Shown: positions 41,323-50,613 of the stretch, piece by piece
Numbering within the stretch: the stretch's first letter is position 1
Layout: each line of letters starts with the position of its first letter
Source: a virus
Taxonomy: Duplodnaviria > Caudoviricetes
DNA: 64,000 nucleotides
IMG/VR virus record: IMGVR_UViG_3300037602_000037
Strand: one strand, 5' to 3'
Position numbers and translations under genes: made by a program
The notes under the pieces: model-generated
Databases searched by the model: none
What the model was told of the DNA's origin: nothing
Seen by the model: only the letters and a program-made list of their open reading frames with translations

Positions 41323-41811
41323 TTAGATTTTGGCCTTACGACGACGCGGCTTACGCGTGGTCTTTTTTGCAGCAGCTGGCTTGCGCTTAGTCGTGGTCTT
41401 GCGCTTGCGAGTACCAGTAGTCTTCTTCTTAGTGCCCGTAGTCTTACGTTTAGTGGTCTTGCGTTTACGGGTACCAGCAGCCTTCTTCTTACCACCAGCG
41501 CGACGACGTGCCTTAGCAGCCGCCGACTTCCAATAACGCTTCATACCCTTGGAGATCGCAGTCTTGTGAGCGGCGCTCTTCTTCTTGTTACGAAGCGACT
41601 TCGAAATCTTCTTACCAGCGGAAGTCTTCAGGCGGTTGCGCTTAGTCTTAGCGCGGGCCTTCTTCTTCTCAGCTGCAGACATCTTCTTAGTAGAAGCCGC
41701 CTTCTTACGACCAGCAGTCTTACGCTTAGTGGTTTTCTTCTTAGGGGCGCGGGCTTCTTCCTCACTACCCAGGACGTCAACGTCCAGTTCCAGTTCCATT
41801 TCGTTTTCCAT
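41323..41811 (-). CDS. Histone H1/protamine-like DNA-condensing protein with acidic leader
   Basis: K/R/A/T-rich body; NUMOD3-like SAAHKTAISKGMK; start moved to ATG 41811 (GGAG SD). Confidence 0.75.
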   Translation of the reverse strand: MENEMELELDVDVLGSEEEARAPKKKTTKRKTAGRKKAASTKKMSAAEKKKARAKTKRNRLKTSAGKKISKSLRNKKKSAAHKTAISKGMKRYWKSAAAKARRRAGGKKKAAGTRKRKTTKRKTTGTKKKTTGTRKRKTTTKRKPAAAKKTTRKPRRRKAKI

Positions 41812-42028
41812 TTTTAACTCCATTAATGAATTTTAGATAGCCAGTAGATAGCGCGCTAATCCGGCTATCTACTATATAATTAGAATTTCTTAGAAACTCA
41901 ATGGGGTTTTAGACAAAAAATATCAAGGCGTCTACTAGCTTAAATTTTGTGTTACCACAGGTTCGTCTAACAAAATTTAACAATAGAAACAACGTCTTAA
42001 CCCCTTATTTAAACAAGGTTTCCACCGC

Positions 42029-42547
42029 CTACCTACTAACAGCGGATGAGTTATTAATTTGAGCGATACCGCGTAATATCGCTTTTATGTCCTTGTTCAA
42101 ATCCTTATTAGCTTCCTTCAATTCTTTGTTATCTTCTATTAATTGTTCCATTCTCATATCATTGGCTATAGCAGATCCATTTAATCTAGATATTTCTGAA
42201 GACATTTTAGATTGAAGTTCTTTATTGTCTTTTAAAACTTCTTGAAGTTCCAACATTTCCGCTTTGAGAACATACTTCTCTCTAATATGTTTTTCAACAT
42301 TATTTAAAAACTTGGAATGTTCCCCAACTGTCAAGGAGCCGTCGGCTGTAATAACATTGAACTGATCCATTTTGTATTTGAAATACTTACTAGCTACAGC
42401 ATCGTCAGTGTAATAGGCTATAGCCATAATAATACCACATGCAAATGTAATTTTTGTGGTATTAGCTATAACCCACATTACAAGATCTTTAATCTTAATA
42501 TTGCCTATAGCATTAGTGGTATTTTTTATGAATGAATTTTCCGGCAT
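42029..42547 (-). CDS. Membrane-anchored coiled-coil protein (possible lysis accessory)
   Basis: One TM segment followed by a long coiled coil. Confidence 0.5.
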   Translation of the reverse strand: MPENSFIKNTTNAIGNIKIKDLVMWVIANTTKITFACGIIMAIAYYTDDAVASKYFKYKMDQFNVITADGSLTVGEHSKFLNNVEKHIREKYVLKAEMLELQEVLKDNKELQSKMSSEISRLNGSAIANDMRMEQLIEDNKELKEANKDLNKDIKAILRGIAQINNSSAVSR

Positions 42548-42556
42548 ATCATACTC

Positions 42557-43750
42557 CTAACCTTTCTCAAGATTATTCGACAACGTGAAAGCTGTATAAT
42601 CATTTGAAAACAATGCTAATTGGGACATTTTCTTTTCGAATGGGTGTAAGCCCCTTATATCAGCAGTTATACCTAGTATGTTATTCCCGTTAGTTTTCTT
42701 GCGGACTATGGAATTTACTTTCCACACCTTACCATATTTGGACTCCGTTAAGTAAGAGCCTTCTTCTATCTTTAAATGAGGTGGTAACTCAACAGAAGTA
42801 CTAATATCCCAATCAAGAGCTTCGTATTGGTACCCTTGCTGAATTTCAGGAATTTGAGCTTTAAAGGCTTCCCTGTAAGCAACGACAAGTTCGGCGTGTG
42901 TCCATTCAACACCGTCTTCTAAAAATTTCAAAGTTACTAGAATGTTGGAATCTAAATTCTGTAGATTTTCCAGACTTTCTTCCGTCATAGTACCTGATAA
43001 ATTATTCGCAGCGTCTGCCCAAGTCCACGAATATTGATGAACGGGAACAGCTCTTATATCGTTGTAAACGTTTAGACGTAGTATCTTGTGCCAAACTCTA
43101 GGAAGCCTAAACTTCCAATTAACATAGCTATTCTTACCAACTGATTTCATTACTATTGGGTTTTCATCTTCCTGTATAATAACACCAACAGGGTCGAAGC
43201 CGTAAACATTGGATGTATCAAATACGAAGCGTTTACCGCCATTTAGGCTCCACGAGTCTATAAATCCAGAACCAAAGCAGATGGGACAGCTTATGTTTTC
43301 CTCGTTGAACAGATTAAGCTCGTCATTAGGATCATCGTAGTTATCAGTCGTTAAATCGTCTATGTCCACTATTTCATTGTCGTATTCATCTTTAGAGGTA
43401 AGCTTTTCTTTTATGGTAGCTTGTCTACTATTTGCAATCCGTTTCTCACGTTCGAAGTCAGAAGTAACTTTCCAATCAAACTCTTTATTAGCCGCTTTAT
43501 TGGACTTCGCTTTTCCCGAAGTAGAATAACTTTTGCTAAGGTTAGTGTGATTAGCTGAACATGAACAAGGAATACCTCCGGCTGTTTTAAACCAGAAATA
43601 AAAATAAGGGGCTTCAACCCCTAATGATTCTTCAAAATGCTCACTTTTTCTTGCGGCGTAATTCTCCACGTGCAAGTCAGCTCTAGCACTCATATTTTTG
43701 TTGTTGGGTATACCAACTCTACGCGCGGGTTTCCTACCTATAGTGACCAT
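42557..43750 (-). CDS. Putative neck/head-closure protein with Zn-ribbon
   Basis: CSC...CPICFGSGF motif and C-terminal beta domain; head cluster. Confidence 0.5.
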   Translation of the reverse strand: MVTIGRKPARRVGIPNNKNMSARADLHVENYAARKSEHFEESLGVEAPYFYFWFKTAGGIPCSCSANHTNLSKSYSTSGKAKSNKAANKEFDWKVTSDFEREKRIANSRQATIKEKLTSKDEYDNEIVDIDDLTTDNYDDPNDELNLFNEENISCPICFGSGFIDSWSLNGGKRFVFDTSNVYGFDPVGVIIQEDENPIVMKSVGKNSYVNWKFRLPRVWHKILRLNVYNDIRAVPVHQYSWTWADAANNLSGTMTEESLENLQNLDSNILVTLKFLEDGVEWTHAELVVAYREAFKAQIPEIQQGYQYEALDWDISTSVELPPHLKIEEGSYLTESKYGKVWKVNSIVRKKTNGNNILGITADIRGLHPFEKKMSQLALFSNDYTAFTLSNNLEKG

Positions 43751-43769
43751 AACAATAACACCAATTAGA

Positions 43770-43961
43770 TTACATCAATCGTAGTAATTCCATAATAATG
43801 AATACCACTGCAATAGCATAAGCTGCAAAAATTAGTACGTTTTTTATAGCAGCAGGAATAGGTGCTTTACCTATTAACCAAACTACCAAATATGCCACTA
43901 CGAATACAATTATTGCAGTTATGAATAAGTTTAGCAAAATTGTCGCGGATATAACTTCCAT
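43770..43961 (-). CDS. Small two-TM membrane protein (holin-like)
   Basis: 63 aa; two hydrophobic helices around a KAPIPAAIK loop. Confidence 0.55.
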   Translation of the reverse strand: MEVISATILLNLFITAIIVFVVAYLVVWLIGKAPIPAAIKNVLIFAAYAIAVVFIIMELLRLM

Positions 43962-44002
43962 TTGTTTTTCCTTTATAAATGATTAAAGAACGTTACATAT
44001 AA

Positions 44003-44755
44003 CTAGAAATCTGACATGTCAAATAAACTGGAATTAGTAGCAGAAGACCAAGCCGGGGTAGCTACAGAAGAAGCTTCAATGCCTACTATTTCATTTCGTG
44101 CAATAAGGTACGAAGGTATGTTACGCCCTTCATTATCTTCAAACAACTTAGGCATACCACGAACTACGTGTCCACATTCGGTGTTCAGTTTACGGGGTTT
44201 AGATAAAGCGCCGCATATTGCACATTCGTATGTTTTTACCATAGCGCCCATAGAATATGATTTACGATCGCCCTTGAGAATAGCGTTGGCTAATTCTCTA
44301 TCTTTGGTTCTATCAAATCCGCATAAGGCTATCAGTTTATGAATGTTACCTACTGTATTAGATATTGGTTGCAGGTAAGTATCAAATATAATACCTTTTG
44401 CAGCGGTATGATCGTTATTAGCATGTTCTTCAAATGTAGGTTTACCTACCCAAGTCTTATAATTGGGCATACCATGTATTACATTGAACTTAAGAAGTTC
44501 TTCCAGAGGGAAAGCAACACTATTACGATTTGGAATATCCGTAGGCAAAAGAATAACTGGTACCACAACGTAGTCTTTTATATCAGAACTAATTTGGTAT
44601 TCTGAAGCCGCTAGTGGTAGCATCTTTTGCATACTAACAGGAACACCACCGTTCTTATTATGCATTTCATATGCATCAGCTTGCTGCTCACTAGCGAACT
44701 CAACAACTGAATGGGAATTTTTCATTTCTCTAATAATTTCATTAAGTCTGGACAT
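44003..44755 (-). CDS. Prohead maturation protease (HK97/assemblin fold)
   Basis: PNRN..AF, GKP..EH, YSMG (catalytic Ser), CAICG..C.H, E.SSV.TPA. Confidence 0.85.
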   Translation of the reverse strand: MSRLNEIIREMKNSHSVVEFASEQQADAYEMHNKNGGVPVSMQKMLPLAASEYQISSDIKDYVVVPVILLPTDIPNRNSVAFPLEELLKFNVIHGMPNYKTWVGKPTFEEHANNDHTAAKGIIFDTYLQPISNTVGNIHKLIALCGFDRTKDRELANAILKGDRKSYSMGAMVKTYECAICGALSKPRKLNTECGHVVRGMPKLFEDNEGRNIPSYLIARNEIVGIEASSVATPAWSSATNSSLFDMSDF

Positions 44756-44768
44756 TTTATCCTCAATA

Positions 44769-45197
44769 TTAGTTATTTATAGATTTATTCATTTCTTTAA
44801 TAATTAAAGCTATGTCTTTATTAATTTTATTAACTACCCTTTCAGCTACTTTTTGGCTATTTGTAGCGGAAGGCTTCACTTCTATAACTACCATATCCTT
44901 ATACATTTTAACACCCTTCAAATTTTTATAGTCGTAGTATCGTATAGGTTGCAATATGGCTTTAACTACATTTTTCCTATTTGTTAATTTTTTAGCAACA
45001 GAAGTACCTTTTTTAAATGTCACTATAAAAACATTATCTTTTTTAGGGTGTTGCTTTATTTTATCCATTTTAAATGGTTTAGGAACATCATCAGGGTAAA
45101 AACTTAATCGTCTACCTAGCCTAATTTTTTTAGATGCCGATGTTTCAACAGGTTTATTATTTTTAATAAGCTTTTTAACAGCAGAAAGGTAAGACAT
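44769..45197 (-). CDS. Putative internal head protein, MSYL-leader family
   Basis: MSYLSAVKKL...VETSAS; very basic. Confidence 0.6.
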   Translation of the reverse strand: MSYLSAVKKLIKNNKPVETSASKKIRLGRRLSFYPDDVPKPFKMDKIKQHPKKDNVFIVTFKKGTSVAKKLTNRKNVVKAILQPIRYYDYKNLKGVKMYKDMVVIEVKPSATNSQKVAERVVNKINKDIALIIKEMNKSINN

Positions 45198-45204
45198 TTT
45201 ATCC

Positions 45205-45705
45205 TCAATCTTCTTTGAGAGGTTCAGATACGTAGAACCAAGTTGTTAGGTTAAAATCAGGTAAAGGTAGACCTTTTATAGATCCACTGAAATTGTTGCA
45301 TACGTTAATGTGGGGTTTATACGTAGGATAATCCCACGTTGCTCCCTTATTGATAGCTTCTTTGGAGAGAGAGTCCAAAACTTTTTCTTTAACTATCAAT
45401 ACTAGGTTATCTCTTTTATCACCCAGCAATTCCCACTTAAAATGTTCTTTACGTAGAGTTACTTTAACCATACGGTTTTTCAAATAAATTTTATTGCGTG
45501 TATAGGTAGTAGTTATATGATATTCATCTTGAGCAGTTAAATCCTGTGGATTACACGTAGATTTCAAAGTATCCCTACAAAATTTGTAGAGTCGCTTATT
45601 ACTTTCTGGTAGTAAATGAACACTAGCATAAGTTCCCCTAGCTGAAGCAAATTCTTTCAAAAAGTTTACAGCGCCGTAAAGCCTACTATTCAATAGAATG
45701 TTCAT
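45205..45705 (-). CDS. 2H phosphoesterase, T4 57B/Acb1-like (candidate anti-CBASS nuclease)
   Basis: GTYASV, YHITTTYTR and GATWDYPTYKPHIN match the Acb1 layout; second motif is HxN rather than HxT. Confidence 0.75.
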   Translation of the reverse strand: MNILLNSRLYGAVNFLKEFASARGTYASVHLLPESNKRLYKFCRDTLKSTCNPQDLTAQDEYHITTTYTRNKIYLKNRMVKVTLRKEHFKWELLGDKRDNLVLIVKEKVLDSLSKEAINKGATWDYPTYKPHINVCNNFSGSIKGLPLPDFNLTTWFYVSEPLKED

Positions 45706-45729
45706 CTTATTACCATCACTTGTACTTAC

Positions 45730-46374
45730 TTATTTGACGTTATTTAAAAAATTTTTAATGCTATTATTTAAACCATTAAGACTACGAGTTACCTTATCAG
45801 CTTCTTTTGAAAGTTTATCAAAAGATTTATCATCAAGTATGTCCCCGTCTTCTTCTACAGCGTAGTCAAAATCATCTGAAAATTTATCTAAAATTTCAGA
45901 AAAGTTTTTAGTTATTTCATAAAGAGTACTATCCCTTAAACTACCACTAGCTTCTTCTTTAGCTGGTTTCCCTACTTTTTTCAATATTTCATTTAATCTA
46001 CCGGAAGGTTTTTTAACACTAGCTTTTTCACTTTCCTTATCAAACATATCAATAATTTGAATAGCTTTCTTAGCAGTGTCTTTTAGATCATCTTCTTTAA
46101 TGTCATTAATAAGTTTTCTATGACTGTGGGGTTCTTTTACAAATTCTTCATATTCTTTTTCTAAGAATTTACCTAATTTTTCACCGCTCAAATAGTTTGA
46201 AGGTTTTAGTTCCTTCAAAGCTTTTTGAACATTAGGGGGAACCTTGCCAGAAATAGTTTTTACCATTTCCTTAACGAGACGTGTAGCCTTTTTCTCCAAA
46301 GAAGGATCAGCCATAGTTGATACAGCGTTAACTTCATGTATTAAAATCAAATACGATTTAATCGATTTATCCAT
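45730..46374 (-). CDS. Putative internal head polyprotein
   Basis: Two helical domains separated by EKAS-VKKPSGRLNEILKKVGKPAK-EEAS. Confidence 0.55.
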   Translation of the reverse strand: MDKSIKSYLILIHEVNAVSTMADPSLEKKATRLVKEMVKTISGKVPPNVQKALKELKPSNYLSGEKLGKFLEKEYEEFVKEPHSHRKLINDIKEDDLKDTAKKAIQIIDMFDKESEKASVKKPSGRLNEILKKVGKPAKEEASGSLRDSTLYEITKNFSEILDKFSDDFDYAVEEDGDILDDKSFDKLSKEADKVTRSLNGLNNSIKNFLNNVK

Positions 46375-46380
46375 GGTATT

Positions 46381-48198
46381 TCACCTTATTTTGAATTTAT
46401 TTTGAGCTTGTTGCATAGTTAAAACAGGTATACCTAACTTAATGGCTTTTTCCGTCTTACTAGAATTAAAGTTTTTGTCCGATACAATGAGAGCTGAAAC
46501 GGTTGATTTCATACTAGTAACTTGCCCTCCCATATCTTCAATCCTCTTTTCAAATTCCTTATCCCTAAACCCTGTAAAGCAAAAACTTTTACCTGATAGC
46601 GGTCCTTTGGTATTAGGCGCGGAACGTGCATTCTTTTTCGGCAACCAACCAAGACGTTTCAAAAACTTATAATATGCAGGAAGGTACTTTACAAATACCC
46701 TACCCGTTTTTTCAGAAAGTCCACCAATGTCGCCTATTATACTAGGTAATTGACTTTTCTTATTTTTGAGTTGTCTAAAAGGAATTTCGTTGAGTATTAG
46801 ATCAAATTTATCTCTTGAAAATCCCTTAGGCCAGCATTTAGAAGCAGACATCATCTCACTATGTGAAACAACGCTTCTTTTCTTGCGTAATGCTGTATAA
46901 AGTTTTGCGGAATTGACCTTACCGATTCCAGTCTCTTCTATTTCTTCTTGCGAAGCGTTAAACAACTCCGCTATGTCAAATCCGTGTTTAACTAACTTCT
47001 CCGCTGTTTTGATTCTAGCGCCTTCAATACCAAGTTTATTCAAACCTTCTGTTAAGCGTTTAGCATTTACAATCATTTCTTGTTTGGTAGAAAGTTGGAC
47101 ACTAAGTGCTTCAATCTTATTAGCATCCCATTGAAAGTTTTTAGGTAATTGTGGTTTAACACCTTTAACAGTACCGACAACCTTTGGTATTACGCCACCC
47201 GCTCTTACTACTTCAATAATAGCGCCAGGTCCAATTTTATGGGACTGCACATAAGCCGCGTTATGGCCAGTAGCCTTGGATACTGATACACCAGAAAGTC
47301 TAACTGATTTGTCAAATATAACTATGGGTTTAAACACCCCGTACTGGGATATATTCCATTCTACCTTCTTAACTTTGACTTTAACAGCTTCTTCATTTAC
47401 CTTAAAGGCAATCCTGTTTCCATTGCGAACATCAATGAGTACTAATCCATCAAGTTCGTACTTCGATTTTTCTTTGCGGTCTTTCAAGTGGGCAGTTAAT
47501 TGAGTTAAGGTAGGATTATTGAATAACTTGGTGTATACGGTTTCAAATCCTTGATTTTTCAGCTTAACTCTTGCCTTATCCCACGGAACTCCTATAAGCT
47601 CGTGGGCAACCATTCTAATATTGCTAACCCCAGAACTAGCAGATTTAGAATTGACTATACCGCTAACCATATTACGAGAATTTTCAAACGCATCACTATG
47701 CTTTTCTTGGAAGGTGGCTTCCGGTATTAACAGTTCACCGCGTACTTTGGTTGACCTCGTTATACGCCCTTTTTTCTTCATCTTAGGTAGTAATCTAGAT
47801 ATATCCTGACCAATCTTGCCATTACCTCTTGTGAGGAGTTTGTCCTCCCCATCTACTTTCAAGAAACCAAAGGATACCCCATCAAGTTTATCAAGAGCAA
47901 GTATTTTACCAGAAGATCCGCCTAGCCATTTTTGTGCTGTTCCCTTATCTTCATAAATCTTTTTAAGGGATGGCATTTCGAATGGTAATTTTACTTTCTC
48001 AAGTTTATTGCGGGGATTTGGTTTAGCTCCTACTTTGTCCAGAAAAGGATCATTAGGTCTATGCTTTCTATAAATATCTTCCCATTTATCATATTCTTCG
48101 TCACTTACCAAAGCTTTTCCATTGAAGTAAGCTTTGCGCCATTTGTTAAGGCGTCTCTTTAACTCATCAAGCTTTTCTTTTTTAGTAGCCATGTGCAT
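46381..48198 (-). CDS. ligA: NAD+-dependent DNA ligase (Ia, adenylation, OB, HhH, BRCT; no evident Zn finger)
   Basis: YFNG..VSDEEYD, KLDG, TRGNG..GQDIS, RGE, LDGLV, AFK, ATGHN, RAGGVIP, FCFTGFRD. Confidence 0.92.
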   Translation of the reverse strand: MHMATKKEKLDELKRRLNKWRKAYFNGKALVSDEEYDKWEDIYRKHRPNDPFLDKVGAKPNPRNKLEKVKLPFEMPSLKKIYEDKGTAQKWLGGSSGKILALDKLDGVSFGFLKVDGEDKLLTRGNGKIGQDISRLLPKMKKKGRITRSTKVRGELLIPEATFQEKHSDAFENSRNMVSGIVNSKSASSGVSNIRMVAHELIGVPWDKARVKLKNQGFETVYTKLFNNPTLTQLTAHLKDRKEKSKYELDGLVLIDVRNGNRIAFKVNEEAVKVKVKKVEWNISQYGVFKPIVIFDKSVRLSGVSVSKATGHNAAYVQSHKIGPGAIIEVVRAGGVIPKVVGTVKGVKPQLPKNFQWDANKIEALSVQLSTKQEMIVNAKRLTEGLNKLGIEGARIKTAEKLVKHGFDIAELFNASQEEIEETGIGKVNSAKLYTALRKKRSVVSHSEMMSASKCWPKGFSRDKFDLILNEIPFRQLKNKKSQLPSIIGDIGGLSEKTGRVFVKYLPAYYKFLKRLGWLPKKNARSAPNTKGPLSGKSFCFTGFRDKEFEKRIEDMGGQVTSMKSTVSALIVSDKNFNSSKTEKAIKLGIPVLTMQQAQNKFKIR

Positions 48199-48203
48199 AA
48201 ACC

Positions 48204-50333
48204 TTAATCTTTAGAGTAATACACTTTTGGTTTATCCTCTAAAAATTCTTGAGATTCCTTTTTGGTTTGATGGTTCTCTTTACGAGCAACTTCAGCTGCA
48301 GCTTCAGCTAGGCGCTTGTTAAACCTGTTAGCAATAACGTCACGACCTTGCTTAGTAAGTAACCTACGATTTCCCCGTGAGTCGAAATCGGTAAACCCGC
48401 CACGATCGTCATCCGGGTTTGACCGACCTAATATAGAAGTAGGTCTTGTACCGCCAATGCCTAATTTTTTAGCTATAAGCATGTTAGCAAATTCATCAGA
48501 CATACCTCCCATTCCATCTTCTGGGGAAGCAGCTTTGTTTATTTCATTAAGCTTTTTACGCCATTCAGCAATTTGTTCTCTCATACGAATATCTTCGTCA
48601 AGACCTTCAAGTAGTCTATCAGCGTTAAGACCACCCGCTGCAATCCACGTACGCATTGATATAGGAACACCTTGCTCGTTAAGAGTTCCCAACAAAGCTA
48701 GGTAATCCGAGTCAGCTTCAGGTTTTAGTTGCTTATGCCAAATAACATCTGGAATGACGTAGTCAGAAATGTTGTAGTTTATACCCCTAGCATCAACAGC
48801 AGTTTCAGCATTGCCGTTTAATCTAAGTTCGCTAGAAAAACCATGTTCGCTAGTAAACTGAACCATCATTTCGTCATCTTCATTAGTGTAAATCCTATTT
48901 GAATTTACATCAGAAGATAACTCTATGCCGCGCTTCTTATATTTCTTAGCAGTAAACCCGTGTTTTTCAGCTATCATTGGAAACATCTTGTCCATGAAAA
49001 CTTCACGAGTAATACGAGCACGATACTCCCGTATTTGCTCTAGGAACAGGGTAAGAGCTTGCTCCATAGTATTGTAGGTTACTTCACCACTTGCAAACTG
49101 ATCGGAAATACCAAGTGCACGAAGTTTTATACGTTCTATAGCATCAAAGTTTTGATCCCACCGCCAAAAGTCATCACCACGACGTACTTCATTAACATTG
49201 ATACCGCTTCTGGTTACTACTACTGCACCTAATGGATCCAAGTCAGCTGCCATGAACAAATTAGCTACTGACTGCATTTCTTCCGAGTCAGGTTGCCAAT
49301 CCTCAGTACCTTCCATAGTAATATGGGATACTGCTCGCTGCCTCTTGTAAACTTGGTCTAATGTACCTCTCATTAAAGCCTTTTCATATAGCCACGCAGG
49401 TAAGGCTCTCTTGTACATTGACACACCACGATAATCCTTCAACAAAGCTCGTCGTGGAATAAATATAGTTGTTTTAGGATCAAGTGTCCATCCACCAGAC
49501 GCCTTTATCATTTCTTCTGGTATGAACTCTTTATAACGTTCCAGCAAGGCTGGGTCTTTCAAAATAGTTGAAGCTTTTTCCGGTAATTGAATGGTAATAA
49601 CTGGATCGAAACCAAATACAGGAACTTGCTGGAAGGTAGCGTGGTCTATACTATGTGGAGAAGCTCCAACAAATACACCCTTAGACTCATCCCAAGTAAA
49701 TGTGGACAATGCTGCACCAAGTGCTATGTAATCGTTTGATATGTTAGGAAGTAGAGCAACTGCGTTAATAGATTCAATCGATTCAATAAAAGGTCTAGCC
49801 ATTTTTTGGTCTTTTAAACCAGACAAACTAAAGTCAGAAAATGGAAGTGTTGACATAAGTTCCGTAGCAGTACCACAAGTTGCATCGTGGTAGAACATAT
49901 CTCGGTATATTTCATTTACAGTAACCATAGAAGCATGCGGAAGTTCCTCTGGAACTATGCCACGCATGACATTTATCAAACTATTTTGTGAAACAATACT
50001 AGATATCGTGGAATTGGCTACGCCTCCACCACCAACATTGGTAAGACTATCCCCGCTGGTGGGGACATTACTATCAGCTTTTTCAACAGGTTCATCTTCT
50101 TGGTTCAAAAGGTTAGTAATGGAAGATGCGACTTCCTCAACTAATTTACTACTTGACCTGTCATCCTTTTCATTACTACGATAAGATCGACCTAAAAATT
50201 TACTGCCTAAAACAGCATCTGGGGAGGAAGCCTTTTCACCGGCTTCTCCCCTTTTAGGAACTTTGGATGCTTGTGTAACAAATTGACTATCACGTCCATT
50301 TGACGCAATAGTAATTGATTTTCTCGTTTTCAT
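48204..50333 (-). CDS. Portal protein
   Basis: YRDMFYHD...LPFSDF, AD.DPLGAVV, KLRALGIS..F.SGE.TY, P.V.WHKQL motifs; size; head cluster. Confidence 0.8.
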   Translation of the reverse strand: MKTRKSITIASNGRDSQFVTQASKVPKRGEAGEKASSPDAVLGSKFLGRSYRSNEKDDRSSSKLVEEVASSITNLLNQEDEPVEKADSNVPTSGDSLTNVGGGGVANSTISSIVSQNSLINVMRGIVPEELPHASMVTVNEIYRDMFYHDATCGTATELMSTLPFSDFSLSGLKDQKMARPFIESIESINAVALLPNISNDYIALGAALSTFTWDESKGVFVGASPHSIDHATFQQVPVFGFDPVITIQLPEKASTILKDPALLERYKEFIPEEMIKASGGWTLDPKTTIFIPRRALLKDYRGVSMYKRALPAWLYEKALMRGTLDQVYKRQRAVSHITMEGTEDWQPDSEEMQSVANLFMAADLDPLGAVVVTRSGINVNEVRRGDDFWRWDQNFDAIERIKLRALGISDQFASGEVTYNTMEQALTLFLEQIREYRARITREVFMDKMFPMIAEKHGFTAKKYKKRGIELSSDVNSNRIYTNEDDEMMVQFTSEHGFSSELRLNGNAETAVDARGINYNISDYVIPDVIWHKQLKPEADSDYLALLGTLNEQGVPISMRTWIAAGGLNADRLLEGLDEDIRMREQIAEWRKKLNEINKAASPEDGMGGMSDEFANMLIAKKLGIGGTRPTSILGRSNPDDDRGGFTDFDSRGNRRLLTKQGRDVIANRFNKRLAEAAAEVARKENHQTKKESQEFLEDKPKVYYSKD

Positions 50334-50357
50334 AGAATGTCTCCAGTCAAAATAAGA

Positions 50358-50579
50358 TTACTTTTCGACAGTAAACTCCGGCAAAAAAGCCCGTTCAATT
50401 GGAGAGTAGAAACCAGGTATGTATCCGCCAGGTCCAACGTAATAAACACGCTGTAATTCTCCAGCTTGTTCCATTTGCTGTTGTCGCAATACGTTTTCCT
50501 TTGCGACTTCTATTACTCTGGCTTCTTCTTTAGCAGATTCATTTTCGTTTAGCTTAGTAAACAACGATGTATCAATCAT
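50358..50579 (-). CDS. Hypothetical protein
   Basis: 73 aa; AAGG SD. Confidence 0.6.
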   Translation of the reverse strand: MIDTSLFTKLNENESAKEEARVIEVAKENVLRQQQMEQAGELQRVYYVGPGGYIPGFYSPIERAFLPEFTVEK

Positions 50580-50613
50580 GTCTTTAACCTTTGTGGTTGT
50601 GTATGTAGTGTAA

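Noticed and set aside
41997-42012. Second CtrA box upstream of the histone-like gene
   Set aside because: Spacing is TTAA-N8-TTAA, not N7, in very AT-rich DNA
46381-48198. Ligase as a member of the leader-bearing cargo family
   Set aside because: It starts directly with domain Ia and has no N-terminal E-x-A site
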